64,000 nt of DNA. It comes from Gnetum montanum (lineage: Eukaryota > Plantae > Gnetophyta). The stretch lies in NCBI GenBank assembly GCA_015680685.1, contig MNCI01001186.1:240710-304709 (forward strand). Reading direction: 5' to 3'. The notes under the pieces were generated by a model that worked only from the letters and a program-made list of their open reading frames with translations, searched no databases and was not told the DNA's origin. This document shows, in pieces, positions 1-14,330 of this stretch (positions within the stretch are counted from its first letter, which is position 1; every line of letters starts with the position of its first letter). The position numbers were made by a program, and so were the translations under genes.

Positions 1-210
1 GATAAACTGAAAAATACCAAAAAAATCACATACCTCAGACTTGCTTAACCATACACCGTGACACATACAAGCAATCCTGGGAAGACAACGAACGATTAAC
101 CCCAAGTGTTTCTTGTGGCGTTAAGGCATTTAGTCTACGGAGTTCGACCGGATCGTGCGTGCATGCTCGTATTCGTATGGTTGAGTGTAGGGGTACCTCG
201 CCACTCATCA
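1..210 (+). mobile_element. 3' end of an Athila-type LTR, truncated by the window edge and inserted into the pol of the neighbouring element
   Basis: Ends ...GGTTGAGTGTAGGGGTACCTCGCCACTCATCA at 210, the reverse complement of the LTR end at 56462. No PBS follows, so it is a 3' or solo LTR. Confidence 0.85.
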
Positions 211-299
211 CATTGTAAGATCAAATTTTTGTAAGATCACTAACCACTGAATGACACGGGAGCTCATTGTTGTTTTGTTCATAAGGAACTAGATTGCAT

Positions 300-2380
300 T
301 ATGATATGTGTGCACAAACACATTGTACCTAAGCACATAGTGCCTAAATTTCTTCAATACATACACCATCATCATCAATTCCTTCTTTGTTGTGGTGTAG
401 TTTAGTTGTGCACCCACAATGCTTTGGCTCATACAATAGATATAGTAAGGATGTTTTTGATCATCCAATTATGTGAGCACAGCTCCCAAAGCATAACTAA
501 AAGCATCCATCATGATATGAGAGGGTCTAGATCAATTAGGTGCTCATACAATTAGAGTTTCTACAAGAATTTTTCTTGAGTTATTAAAATGCATTCTTAC
601 ATTCCTTGGTCTAGACAAACAAAGCATCATTCTTTGTATGCTTCACCAATGATTTGGTGATCTTAGAGAGAAATTCTCTATGAAGCGTCGGTAGTAGCCA
701 ATGTGACTAAGGAATGACTAGATATCTTTGATAGTTTTTGGTTGGTAGGTAATTCCTTAGATGACCCTTATTTTCTAAGGATCCACCTCAATCCCTACTT
801 GTGATATTCAATGCCCCAAGACAATGCCCTCCTAAACCATCAAATGGCTCTTTTGCCAAATGATCCAAAAATTTATCTCCACACATCTTTTTAGCACTTA
901 CTTAAGATGGTCTAGGGCTTGCTCAAATGTAGCCCCTTAGGTGGAGAATTCATCCATGAAGACTTTTACCTCACTACCAATTTGATGTTGAAAGATGCTC
1001 CAAACAAGGCATTGGAATGTTGTAAGGACATTACATAGGCCAAAGGGAATCTTTCTGTATGTAAAAGTCCTCGAGGAACTTGTGAATGTTATTTTGTCTT
1101 GATCCTTGGGAGCAATCTAGATTTGGTTATAGCCACTATAGCCATCCAAAAAGCTGTAATAGCAATGCCCAAAGATGGTTTCCAAAACCTAATCCACAAA
1201 TGGCAATAGAAAATGATCTTTGTATGTTGTCATGTTCAATAACTTGAAGTCAATAAAAGTCCTCCACTTGCCATCTTTCTTTGGCACTATCACAAGTGGG
1301 CTAACCCACTCACTATCTACAATGGGATAGATGAACCCTAACTTGAGGAGTTGTTATATCTTCTCTTTGATGATCTATTTTAGTTTGGGGTTCAACTATC
1401 ACTATGGCTCCCTCTTTGCCTTCATGGAGGCATCTGTATAGATGTAGTGCTAACATATCCATGGGTTGATTCCAGTCAAGTCATGATATGACCAAACAAA
1501 GGTTGTTGGCCATTTTTGACCACTTTTAATAGCTTCTCTTTTTTTGTAGGAGAAAGATTGACATTTATTATAACCAACTTGTCATTTATTAAGAAATATA
1601 TTCCATTCTAGCTGATAGAGTTTTCAACTCAAGGGGCTCATATTTGAAACTTTTAGGGATTTCCAACTCTTCCCAATTGATATCATTAGGTTCATCATCG
1701 GAGAGTTGGTGATGAACTTACTCTAGTTCATCCATACCTTTAACATAGGCACTTTTCAAGCTCTCAGTTGGTTCCATGCATATTATTGAATTACATTCAG
1801 GATTAGCTATTAGCCACTAGGTGCCCTCTTATTTTGTGGTTGTTGCATATAGGCATCTTTTAATTTCTATCACATTTGCACATTGTCTACATGTTGTGAT
1901 AGATGTACATTTTACAAAAAATAATTTCTGCACATAGTTGCACCTTGTGTCACTGTATGTAATGCATGGAAGACACTTCTTTTTGATCTTCCCAAATTCA
2001 TTTTCCTTGGAAATCTCCAAGGAGAGGTCTCTAATTTCCAACTATGCATCAATGGCACTCAACCAAGCCCTTCCCATAATGATAAGGAAGTTACCCTTGT
2101 AGTTATCAACATGGATCACTAGGGAGTCAGAAGGATAGAACAACCCATAGATGGTGGTCATAATGTCCTCCACTAGTCCCACGAGAATAGTGATGGACTA
2201 ATCTGCCAAATCAAGATGAATATTTCCCTTATTGAGTGGAGGTAGGTTCCAAGCTTTGTACATCTTATGGAAAATTAAATTCACACCAAAATCTAAGTTC
2301 AGAAAAGCCTTGTAAGGCTCATTTACAATGATTTGGAAATAAATGAGGGGACTCCCAAGATCAAATATTTTTTTTGGAGG
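300..2380 (-). pseudogene. pol: Gypsy/Athila pol remnant: protease (~2040-2370), RT (~760-1560), RNase H (~300-700)
   Basis: Manual translation gives RT motifs SEWVSPLVIVPKKDGKWR, YSFLDGYSGYNQI, IPFGLCN, VFMDEFS; RNase H motifs DAFSYALGAVL and NYTTTKKELMMMVYVLKKFRHY; protease motifs FLNLDFGVNL and IIMGRAWL. Confidence 0.9.
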
Positions 2381-2749
2381 TAACTAGCCTTTGTCCAATC
2401 TATGATAGAATGTGTCAACATCATGGTATGTACTTTGGGAGGCATTTAGTTTGAAGGGGTTTCAAATGAGTTTGTAGAGGAAGAGGGAGAAGTAGGGTCA
2501 TTAGATGTAGGTGTATGTGAGGGCTTTGTAAGATTTTTGGTTTAGAAGAAGGGTCTTGTTTAGGGTTTATTTTCTAAACCACTTGGCTAAGGAGACTACT
2601 ATAAGTTAACAGCCTTGGTGACGTTATGTTACTGCAGTTGGTCTAGAATTTCACCTTGCATTGATGTAGCAGGTGGTAATTAAGCTAAAGGTAGAGGGAC
2701 ATGTGTAGAAGGATGAGGAGGGTAGTGAGGAAATGGGGATTCCCATTTT

Positions 2750-4100
2750 AGAGATTGGACTTTGTAATATTCAGGAAGGTAGTAGTGATGCTGAAATGAA
2801 GCATGATTGGAAGAGTCACGTGGAGAAATGGGCTACTAAACATGGTACCCATATGAATTAGGCTACCGATAAGAGTAATGCTACCTTGGTGATGGCATCC
2901 TCCATGACTATGGGTGTTGCCATTGATGGTACTAGTCATAAGGTTATGGTGGAGCTCCACTTAGATAGTAGGCATGTTGTTGGTGGAATTGCCTAGGATT
3001 TCCTTGAGGATAAGACAACCTTTTGGGTGCTTGCCTTCTTGCCAATCTAGGATTTAGAGCATACACTCCACACTCTTACAAGTGTGACATAATGGGACAA
3101 CATCCCTTACGATGTTTGTAGTGGTAGATGTCACACCCACAATCATCATCTTATTTGGAGTCTACAACTTCCTCTATAGCAATAACCTTACCCTTACCTT
3201 TTTGGTGGGCATGTTCAACTTTCTTCCTTCTCTTGCAATCACAATCACTACTTTGCTCCTTGGATTCCTCTACTATTTTTAGTGCAGTTTGGAACTTTTC
3301 ATTCAAAGAGTTCCACATTTTTTCTACCTTAGCTAAAATTTTGAAACTAGATTTTTGAATTGGCAAGGTCTTACATTGCTACCATCTCATCAAAAGGTGC
3401 CTCCTCCTCATTGTCATAAAACTAGACATTCCTTTTTCTTGTGGAAGGATCCCAGTTGTACTCTTTTACACTTTCCATTTTTCTCAACTCTTCTTCTTCT
3501 TTGGAAACCTACTCAATGAGCCTTTGGATTTAATGAAGTCTAAGTTTTGAAAGCCTTTCTTGGGCATAGACCCCAAAAGTTCCCCTTATTTTTGTTCAAA
3601 GTCCATCTATGATATAGTGGAGCTACTCCCTTTAAGAATAACTATGACCAAGACACCAGTATAAGAGAGAATAGTACCTATCCATGGCTATGTCGAAGGG
3701 TTCATGTGTTCTTTGTTTCCATCCTTGGATCTACTTTCCTAGATTAGATGCTTATTAGTATGTTTGATACTTGTCATTGAAGAGTTCAAGCATCATACTT
3801 CAACATCTAATTGATTCTAGTTCTAAGAACTAGTTCTAGCTTTTGGCTTCCTTAATGAGTGTCCTTCAGAATAGCTTTAATATTTGTCATGGATTTTCAA
3901 CATTCTTTAAGGCACAAGCATTGTGAAAGGCTTGAAGATGATTTTGTTGATTTGAGTTGTATCCCCTTTTGAACTTGGGGATATTGTTCATATCCAATTG
4001 CTTGATTTTGCTATCTTTCATATGCCTTGTTGGGATTCTCCTAGCCTCTACAATGTTTAGCATGTTCCTCATTGTAAGCAAAGGCACATCATGGGCATGA
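2750..4100 (-). pseudogene. gag: Athila-type gag remnant
   Basis: ORF pieces NIPKFKRGYNSNQQNHLQAFHNAC and KMWNSLNEKF, homologous to four other gag copies in the window. Confidence 0.85.
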
Positions 4101-5091
4101 TGCCCATGATGTCTTTTGCTACCCCTTCTTTCATGGTGGTGGGCCTCTTGTAATTTTCCATGCCCCTAGTTTCTATTAGTTTAATGAGCCCTATGATCAT
4201 CTTTGTCATGGCGATCACCTTCATCACAATCATGTCCCCTATGGCTTTGATTAGAGCTAGATGAGGAAGAGGAAGATGTCAAAAGTGAAGAGGAATGAGG
4301 ACTAACATCACCATGATGCCTATCACCCCCTCTTCTTTGGTCATGGCCACAATCATCATTGTGACTCTTGTCCATGTTCCTATCATGACGTCCACCTTTG
4401 GAGCCCCATGATCATAGGATCCATTCTTGCTCAAACCAAGATTGTTTATAGTGGACTATAAATTTTGGTTTAGGCCTCCTTCATCAAAACCAAGGGAAGG
4501 AGAGTTAGTGAATTGAGAACCCCCAGAGAAGGGATCCTCTCCATCTTTCTGGCCCAGCAAGAACAAGGGGTTATTGAACTATTTTCCCTTAGATGGTTCA
4601 AAGTACATCTTCTGTTGCTGATCTTTCTTGTGTTATGCTTAAGGGGGATAGTAGTCCTAATAGTTGTGGTCTTGCACAATGTATTCAGCATTGAGCCCTT
4701 AAATACCCAACCTTATAAGAGTTTGGAGAAACATTGAAGGAATTGATTGATCGCACAACAACATAATGTTTCCCTCCATGTTCCTCCACAAAAACTATTC
4801 ATCCTGATGCAGGATGAAGATGAAGCCTAGCACATACTCATTGAGATGAGTATATATCACTCTACATTGTTGGGGCACTAGCTTATTTGACCATTCATTC
4901 CTTTATTGATTGGATGTATGCTTGAACGACAATGGCAAATTAGCCTTATGAGAAGAAGAAATTTTAGCTTTTGAGGAAAAAATTAGTGTGCTTTTACTAT
5001 TATTACTTTGAATGATTATGACTTTAAGATTTGTTACAATGTCTTTAAATAATTTCACCAAGTCCTAGATAGTGCACATAGCTAACTAAAG

Positions 5092-5109
5092 TCCTTGGCA
5101 ATAGTGCCA
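5092..5109 (-). other. Primer binding site, tRNA-Asp type (decayed)
   Basis: Minus strand TGGCACTATTGCCAAGGA next to the LTR end, resembling the Athila consensus TGGCGCCGTTGCCGGGGA with transitions only. Confidence 0.8.
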
Positions 5110-5110
5110 A

Positions 5111-5961
5111 TGATGAGCAGCGAGTATACCCTATGCCTAACCATACGAAGCACTAGTGTTCACTAAGGAATTTGGTTGAATTCTATAGAATGTAGCTCTC
5201 TAAGTACACTGTGTCTAGGAAGTGAACCTAACAATTGTGATTACTATCTTCTTAGTTCCACTTATGAGGTGTAAGTGTATGGTTAAGTGTAATTGAGGCA
5301 TCTAATTCTTATCATTTGATCTTTTAATATTTTATCATCTAAGTACTGAAAATAGAGTAATACATTTTTTAACTAATCTAATAACTAACTACCACTAAAT
5401 TAATCCTAACATAAGTATTCATTTCCACTTTTTGTACACATCTTGAACACACTGTAATGCTACTGCATTACGAAGTGTTAGGTGCTTTTAGGATTACCAA
5501 GTGTAATGTATGCTCGAAGTGGTCCTACTTATGTTTGTTATTTAATTGATATTAATTACTTAATTAAAATTTATTAAAGTAAAGTGCATGAATAATAAAT
5601 GCATAAGGAAAACATTAATCTATTCTAAGTGCTACAAGGTTTGATTAGAAAAGCTCATCTTTATTATCATTCACATTAAGGTGCTTAGGTACATTAGTGC
5701 TCAAATAAAGATCTGTACACTTCTTTGATTCCTATTGCAAGCACTCTAGAAAATATTCTAACTTTGGAGACAAAAAATTGCAAGAGCTTTGCTAATAACT
5801 AAGAAATGGAATTTTTGGATCATGTGTCCAAGTGTTGTATTTATAAGCTGGCATGCATCCTGCTATATTGGATATCAGATAATGTAGAATGTGCTACGAT
5901 ATTAAGGCTTTGGTATCAGAGATACTCCAATATTGTAGCCAATGAAGAATAGGATTTATCA
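5111..5961 (-). repeat. 5' LTR of the Athila element
   Basis: TGAT...ATCA termini, family U5 end and the GGATTACCAAG motif at ~5490. Confidence 0.75.
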
Positions 5962-6040
5962 ATAAGGTAAACTTTTTGGTATCTATGTTTTAACAAATCA
6001 TTAAGTGCATATGCCCCTATCTCCTATAAATGTGCCATTA

Positions 6041-7760
6041 CTAAAAAACATGCTTTGGGATGTTCGTATTGATACACAACACATCCTTTCTCATCAGTGA
6101 AGCTTGTGTCTGAACACAGCCATTGAAGCAACTTTGCCATCTAAAGTCTTTCTTCTGTTTCTTATCCTTACCTTCTTGAAAGGCTTTCTTTGTTCTCTCC
6201 TCCATGATTTTTAGTGTTGTTGCAAATTTTTCATTAAATGAATCCCACATTTTCTCTACCTTTATTACAATGTCAGTTACAGATTTCTGAATTGGTTGAG
6301 TCTTCTTTTGAATTGCCTAATCCAAGGTTTCTTCCTCTTGCATGTCACAAACTCGTGCATCACTTTTTCTGATTGATGGATCTCTATTGTATTCTTTAAC
6401 TAAATTTCTCTTTCTTAATGCACCTTCCTTCTTTACCACTTGATCAATCAGTCTCTGAATTCAATGAACAATCATTTTAGATAATCGACCTTAGGCATAA
6501 ACCCTAAGGGTCTCTCTAGTGTTGTTTCACAATCCATCTACAATGTGCCTTAGCTGTTCCTATAGTGAGAATCCATGGCTTAGAAATTTGTGAAATAGTG
6601 AATAGTACCTACCCATTATTGCATCAAGGGTTTCATGAGTCCCTTGCTTCCATCCTTGGGTTTGTTTCCTTAAGTTGAACACTTGTGAGTAGGTTTGGTA
6701 CTTATCATTGAAGATCTCTAACATGGTACTCCATCATCTGATCGGTTCTGGTTCAAGCAACCTATACCAGCTCTCTACCTCTTTTACAAGTGTTCATGGG
6801 AACAAGTTCAACTTTTTACACTCACTCTTAATGTTTTGTAGGATGCAAGAATCATGGAATTCTTGGAGGTGGTGTTGTGGATTAGCATTATAACCACCTT
6901 CAAATCTTAGCATGTTATTCATATCAAGTCGTTTAATACGACTATTCCTCATGTGCCTAGTTGATATATGGATAGCTTCTTGGATGTTTATTGTGCTTCG
7001 AGTTTCCATCAGGGGTTCAAAATCATGATTAGGTTCATATGCTCTATTGTAGTAGTGCTCCTTCTATGCTCATGTCTTTCTTAATTCTCTCTTGGATCCC
7101 TTCATCTTCTTTGTTCATATTCTTCATCTTTCATATCAAAGTGTCTTGAATAATGGTCATGGTAATCACGAGGCCTCATTTCTTTTCCACCATGTCCTTT
7201 ATACCTTTGTCTTCTTCTATTAGAGTTCATTGATGATCATGATGATGCATATGAGGCAATAGGATAATGGTGTTGGCTTATCCTCCTTTCATGACTCTTA
7301 TATTCTCCTTTGTAGGATCTGGCTGAAACTCTTGACCCTAAGTTCTGCTTGTACTTTGAGGTAGTTGCCTCTCTATTAGATGTCTCCACTAGAATATAAT
7401 GTAGTTGAACTTTGATAGGTTCCTCAAGTCTAATGATAGGTATTTTTGAAGGTTCTTCATGATTCTAGTGGAGCTATTTTGCAATAAATGTATTATCATC
7501 TAGTTCTTTCAAAACAATGATAGTGTTGACCTACTTTCCCTTGTTGTGTACATGTTTGATTTCCATGGTATCATCTCTCCTCATTTGTTCCTTTGTGGGT
7601 TCATAGGGCCTTGCTAGATGCTTAGTCACCTAATACCCTTCCTAGATTTGGTTCAAATTCATTCTTCTCAAGGCAATTTGGAGCATGTTAAGTGTTGCAC
7701 ATTCTAGAGATAGGACTATGTTGTCTTGTATGTCTCTCCACCTCATTTGATTTTCTTGAT
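6041..7760 (-). pseudogene. gag: Second, older Athila gag remnant
   Basis: NMLRFEGGYNANPQHHLQEFHDSC...KLNLFP and MWDSFNEKF; the upstream part is similar to ~27985-28120 on the + strand. Confidence 0.8.
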
Positions 7761-7978
7761 GAAACATGAAAGTGAAATCTAAGTGATAAGGATTAGTGTG
7801 AGCATATGTGATTCTTATTTACATTGGCATCCCCCATTCTTCTTCATCATTGATTTTGTCATTGCTTCCTTTTGTTTCCTTGATAGGTGATGATGTATCC
7901 TTTTTTGAAGCTATATTATGGTTTAAGACATTTGATTAAGTATGCTTACTTTGTTGAAATTATTAAAGGATTAGGATT

Positions 7979-9540
7979 TTGACTTGTAAGGAGCATAGTT
8001 CACTCACTAAGGTGAAGAGAATATACTTTGAGATTGCAACCTATTACTTAAACCCAATGGCAAGGTTAAGCAAGGTCACTATCTTTTGTGCCCGTGTGTG
8101 TGCCACTCTAAGTAGAAAATTCCTAGTTAACCTTTTATATCTTATCTTCATAGAGATTGAAAAGTATTTCAAAGAGAATGAGAAAGGGAGGAAAACACTC
8201 CCCTTTCGTTCCTGATCAAAAAACTCTATAAAAGGGGAGGTATAGCTTATTATGCAAATAATACACTTCATCATGCTCCTTCCACATCTTGGCAAGAAAT
8301 GATGAAGGGAAAAGTACCTACCAAGTTGCTTGAAGAGGAGAAGCCAACATCATCACCGATTGGAGAAACAAGGCTGAAGGCTTATGCAGCAATAGAACAT
8401 ATGAGAAAGCTCTATGAACAACTCTTGCAATAGTAGAAAGAAGAACCAAGTGGTGGAGATCCATTAGTCTACTAGCCATGGTTGAAACACCTTAATGAAG
8501 TAACTAGGATAATAAGCTAGTTGGAAGATATTGTGTTGCTATTTTCAACACAATGCATTCAGGAACCCATGAGAACAAATCCAAATGCCTAGGAAGTGAC
8601 AATGTCCATCCTTGGACAATAGGAATTCCTAGAGATCTCTAAGAATGCTACAACTTTCTTGGTGCATCTAGAGGATGGCAAGGGGATGATTGTCCTAGTG
8701 ATGCAACACCATGGACATGAAATAATAGTAGAGATGGTAGTTGATAGAGTAGCAGAGGCTCTTAATGCTCATGCAGTGGCCATGACAAACATTTCTACAC
8801 TTAGAGATGTATAGGCTTCTATAGGAGCAAGAAGCAAGTAGCTAAGTACAGCCTAACATAAGGAGTTATTGGACAGAATGGTGGAAACTAGGCAACTACT
8901 TCCAAAGATCTTCGATCTCCTAAAAGGAATCATAGCAACCTAGTTGGAGACAAGGGAAATCTCATTATTGAAAATGCCCAACTTGAGGTAGCTACTTCCA
9001 AAAATCAATGGTTGTTTACTAAAGCTATGAAATTGAGAGCCTACCTGACCAATCCTGCCATTCTTAGCCAAGCTGTTGCATGGGATGAAGCTTTCTTGTA
9101 GCTTCAAAATCAATTAAAAGAGGCTAAGAATGCTAAGGAGATGATGGTATTGGATGTGTCCTTACCAAAGGCTCTTTCCATTAACACCAATAAGGACTTG
9201 ACACAAGTCCACAAGAAGAACCTAACTTTGACCAAAGACATCCACCACCTATGCAATGTTGAGAAGAAAAAAGATAATATGGTTAAATTTTTGAGATAGC
9301 AATAGGAGAAACTCGCCAAGGTAAACATGGACCTGAGAAGGTTGATAACCAAGAATTGAAATCTATCAATAGAGGAAGTTTGAGCACTTTTCTTAAAAAT
9401 TCATTAAGGTAGCCACTTGGAAAAGCAAGGCCTTGAAGGCTAAATGAGTGAAAACTCACTACAAGGACCAAGTAGGACTCCTCAAGGAGGTAAATGAAAA
9501 AGAAATTCAATTAGCCAAGGCAAAAATGAACATATTGGTC
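7979..9540 (+). pseudogene. Athila env-like (ORF2) remnant
   Basis: RIYFEIATYYL...IEIEKYFKENEKGRKTLPF, LVHLEDGKGMIVLVMQHH and HKELLDRMVE align with the env-like ORF at 49640-52402 (RVYFKMGTYHL...IEILRWFEERKTGKMVLPFP, VQLETGEGATVMVMQHQ, HEDALDRLLQ). Confidence 0.8.
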
Positions 9541-12500
9541 CTCCTAAATTCCATTGCATCTCCTTGCCAACTCGTAAAGAAAGTGTTGTCAACTAGTGCT
9601 GGGTCTCCTACCAACTGTAGCAAAATCTTGGTCCACTTGCAATGATCAACTAAGTGCCATAGTAACTCATCCACTTGATACACTATGCATGCCAACTAAA
9701 ATTGTCAACGTCACTCCCATGGCCAAAAGGAGTTCCTGCCATGCATGCTCAGCTTTGTCGATAATCTACACCAAAATTGGGATGCTCTATCATTTGAAAA
9801 TGGTGTAATTATAAATGTTCCAAGCCTTACATAAAATAAGTGCTGCTTTTGAGTCCCACATTAGCTACATTGGCCCATGCAAACCCACTACCTACCACAT
9901 GTCCTTCATGTATGGGCATTATAACACAAAGTGAAGTATTGTCTTAGGGCCCCCAACATAGAAAGGGAATACATCATTAATGTTTAATACCTATTGCTTT
10001 AATAATGCACATAATAGAGCATTATGTTCAATAAGAAAAATAAAGACTTTAATCTTTTCTGGTAGTTGACCCTTCCAGACTTGTTTCCAACTCTCCATCA
10101 GTAGGTAGAGTGTCTTGATAAGCTATTTGGGAGACTTCCCCATCAAATCCTATGCCATAGAAAACTGTGCATTGCTGCAAAGTGTCCTCCAAAACTTTGA
10201 GTCATGTGGCCCTACCTACTAGCATCTATATTTTCATGCCATGATTATAATCCATTGCATAGCCCCCTCCTCATGTAGTACTAGCCATTCGATCAGTTGT
10301 TAGTGCCGCATTAACATCTCATCTTCAAATTTAAAAATGCAAAGACCCCCCCCCCCCCCCCCCCCCCCTCATGAGGCCATGAGATAATGTCCCATCTAAT
10401 TAAATGCATTATGTTATTCCCTCTATCTCTTGACCACACAAAATTTCAAATTACCTGATTAATTCTCTAAATAACAGCTTGTGGGGGCATTGCAACCGAA
10501 GCCACAAAACATCCAATAGCCAAAAGCATCCTTGAAGCTAGAGTAACTCTTCCCTTCCTTATAAGGAAATGGTTAATCCAATATCCCACTCATGTTTCCA
10601 ATTTCTAAATTAGCATGTTTTAGGTAGACTTCCTCCCCCATTGAAATAAATGGATCCCTAGATAAGCATCTTTAGGGGATCCAAGTACAATACTACGAAT
10701 CTACAATAGTCAACCACTCACCCTAGGATCAATGTTGACATAGTATACCAAGGACTTCCCCCTATTTATTTATAGTGCAATTTCAAAAGCTAGATGCTTA
10801 AGGGTGTGATTAATTCTCTATGCCTGGGGGTCCCCTCCTCTGGATAGCAACATGGCATCATCAACATAGTATTCTAATAGACATTCCACCCTAGCAATCT
10901 TCAAACCTTGCACCCCACCTCCTTACAATAGAATTTAAGAAGGTCCATCATGATTATGAAGAGTAGTAGTGAAAGTGAATCTCCCTATCTTAACCCCTAA
11001 CCAAGGAATGAAAACTCCCCACAATCTCCCCCCAATATCAAAATAAAAATCAATAGACTTCTGAATGTGAATACATAGGCTAATGAAAGGAAGATCAAAG
11101 CTTTTCTATTACATAATAGTAGAGAGTGCCTCCCAACTAATCATATCATAAGCCTTATTGATGTTAAGTTTAAAGCATAGGCTAGGAAACTTTGTAGTAT
11201 GCAAGGTGTGAAAAACCTCTTACATTATCATAATTTGGTCTTGTAGGTAGTGACCTTGAACAAAACTAGCTTGATTCTCTCCCACAAATTTTGATAAAAG
11301 AGGGACTAGCCTTCGAACAAGCATCTTTGAGAAAATTTTGATAGGACATTATAGACCCCAATGGATTTGAAGTGAGTTGGTTCAAAGGTATTCATCATAT
11401 TGGGTATACAAATAATTCTAGAATAGTTAATCTCTCACCTTACCTATTTTCTGGCTAGCATCAAATTAAAACCATCAAGAAGGTTTTACCAAAGGATATC
11501 AGTGAACTCCTTGAAAAACTTAATGACCCACCCATCAAGTTTGAGAGCTTTATCACTCTTCATGAAATCCATTGCATCATTTAATTCTTGCATGATAAAT
11601 GGTGCCAGGAGCTAGTTATTATCCTCTACATTTAGTACCCTTGGTATCCTAATAGAGATTGATGATGTGTGATGCCTTTTCCAAATCCTTTCCAAATATT
11701 CCTGCATCAGTTGGGCCATGTGAAAAGGTTCCTCCACATATGCTTCATCCTTAATTAGATGCAACATCTTCTTCCTCTACCCCCTAGACTTGGCCACTAC
11801 AAAGAAGAACTGCATTTTTTGATCACCTTCTCGAAGCCAATGAATCCACAACCATTGCTGCTAGTACAACTCCTCTTTCAAATCCAATTCTTGCAATTTC
11901 TTGAGAACATTTTTTTCCTCATCATGCATATCAACACCCAATTCCTACTGTGACTAAATTTCCTTCAGTTGAATCTAGAGACCACCCCAACAAGTCTAAA
12001 ATGAAAATTTATTATCCATTGTTTACAATTAGAGAGCCCACTTTAGCCATAGCAAACCATCCCATAGAAAATTCTGGGGGTCCCTCCTATCACCCCGATA
12101 ATCCTCCAAAATTTCTTCAACCAAGGGATGCAACTAGGGCTTAAGCAACCATGAGAATTTGAAACAAAATGGGGGAGGAGACAACCAACGAGGTTTTCCA
12201 AAGGTGCAAATGATAGAATGATGATCAAATGTGTATCATTAGTTACTAGAAACAAGCACATCAAAGCACAATAAGAGCTTAGTGCTAATCCAAACACAAT
12301 CAATCTTAGAGAGAACTCAGTCCTATCCTCATCTCTTGAAACTCAACATGAATTGATAGTTCACAATATCCATGTCAACCAAAGAGTGGAGCTTTAGGAA
12401 ATTCTAGAACCTTGGGGCCCCTAGAGGAATAGAGCAGTCTATCCCCAACTTCTTCCAAGGATGTAGGTACCGATTGAAATCCATGATAATAAGCTAGGCT

Positions 12501-14120
12501 TGCTTGTTAGGAACTAGCATCGCCACCGTTTTCAATTCCTATAGCCAAAGTTCCCAAACTTGGGCCCCATAGAAGTTAGTCAACTACATGCCTATGGAAG
12601 GAAAAATCATAGTAATGCTCCAAATAGAAAAATCAAGTAGGGCCATATGGGATTTTGCCAAAATTTCTAGAACCCCTACACGTCCCTAACACAACATGAG
12701 TTGCAAATTCCATCCCTCCCATTAAAGGTGAAATGCCTCTACACTCTACAACTTTGTTTCTTGTAGAAAAATAACTTTACAATCCTTAGTGAAAATAATT
12801 TCTTTCAAGGTATTTATTTTATAGGATGTACCCTAACCTTGATAGTTCCATGAAAGAACTTTCATGGATGACCCGCATTATGCCTTTAGTAGACCTCTTT
12901 TAAGGTTTCCTGGATTCCCAAATCAATATTCAACTATGTCTGCTAGCCATGAGCAAGCTGACTGGAAGGTCAACTAGTTTACTTAAGCCATGTGAAAGAG
13001 TTCCAATGTCCTCTATCCTAACAAGAAAGTTTCCCAAGCCCACAGGCTTGGGCAGCATCAAATCCATCATGTTGGACATAGGTCTCTCATGAATAATTGA
13101 AACACAATCATCTAATGGGGGGAGCTCCATCTCCTTTTTGGTTGGGGATTTGATCAAGGATGGGACATAAGGCTTCTATTCCTACCCACCCCACCTTCTC
13201 CCACAACTGATCACTTCATTTCCTTTAAACTAGCTGGCTAGGTTTGTGGGTGTCCCCTACACCCCACTTGAATCGACTCACCATCTTTGAGTCCCTACAC
13301 CTTAGTCTTGGTAGGCACCTTTCCTTTGCCCAAAAAATGATAGGTAACTATCCCTTGCCCGTTTTTTCGACAAATAGTACATCCATTTCCTAGTGAAGCA
13401 TGAGCTTGTTGCTCTTCTTCCAGATTTTTGTACTCAACACTAGTTTTCTCTACACTACTTGGAAAATCAAAAATTATTTCTTTAACTAGATATTTGGGAG
13501 ATAAGGACCTCCACACATAGAACTTAGTAAAACCCATTCTCTCCATTGAGGTAGTGAAATGGTCAAAGGAGAGGAACCCTCCAAATAGACTAGATAGAGT
13601 TCTTAGGAAATCCAAGTTTCACGTCTCCTAAACAATCCTAGAGATGTGTATCTAAAACGGTGCCTTGAAAACTCCTTCCTTAAAGCAGTCATTTAAGGAA
13701 ACCTAGTTTAGCTAAATACAAACAACAAGAGCTACTTAGACATACTACGAATTTCCACGTCTTTTAATCCCTAAGATTTAGAGGCCCATTTTTGAATTAA
13801 GTCAAGCCTAGGTCAGGCCCCTGATGAAAGAAACTTGCATATTAGGCTGTGGTATGAACCAACTCCCCTAAGGGCCTTCAAACCTAAAGCCTCATCATCC
13901 CTTCTTGATGGAAGCAAGCCTTTATTCCCCCATCACTGGGTCTCCATCTCACCCCCAATGCACCTAATGCACCTAACCCTAACCTAATGTCATTGCCTCT
14001 TCTTGCATCACCATTCAACTAGAAAACTCCTTCCTTAAAGTAGCCATCACTAACCCTAGTCTAGTTTGCTTCGATCCCATCCATGCTCCCTGCACTCCTG
14101 GCCATAGCTCCCCTTATCGA
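9540..14120 (-). mobile_element. L1-clade LINE, near full length and decayed (ORF1 ~12870-14030; ORF2 ~9540-12865)
   Basis: APE start MKVLSWNYQG...IFLQETK; RT motifs LKLNINKAYD, GLR*GDSLSLLLF, YYVDDAML; zf-RVT-like CIVYQVDELLWHLVDHCKW; ORF1 zinc knuckle CTICRKNG. Confidence 0.9.
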
Positions 14121-14255
14121 CTACTTTAATAAGTTGCAAAATTGCAACAGTTGGTAAAAGTTCAAGAAAAATTCATTGGAAAATTTTTGTAATATGTAAA
14201 ATAAAAACTTCAAAGATTTTGATATTAATTCTAGATAGGATAAAATAGTACATAT

Positions 14256-14330
14256 ACAATGAGGTTTTAGCTTAGTGGTAAGAGTCTTGGCTAGGAATAC
14301 CCAAATCACAAGTTCATTTATAGTGGCCTA
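14256..14330 (+). mobile_element. tRNA-like head of a SINE-type repeat
   Basis: TAGCTTAGTGGTAAGAGTCTTGGC (A box) and a degraded B box; similar to the copies at 20712, 21137 and 21370. Confidence 0.5.

Larger units (their letters stand above)
211..5961 (-). mobile_element. Decayed Athila-type Ty3/Gypsy retrotransposon (5' LTR, PBS, gag, protease, RT, RNase H)
   Basis: Domain order LTR-PBS-gag-PR-RT-RH on the minus strand, with many stops and frameshifts. Confidence 0.9.

Noticed and set aside
10345-10368. Poly-C run (also poly-G at 52861-52874 and a single N at ~36153)
   Set aside because: Homopolymer expansion or sequencing uncertainty; no functional evidence.
13970-13990. TAACCCTAACC telomere-like sequence
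   Set aside because: Only about two units, within LINE ORF1/5' region.
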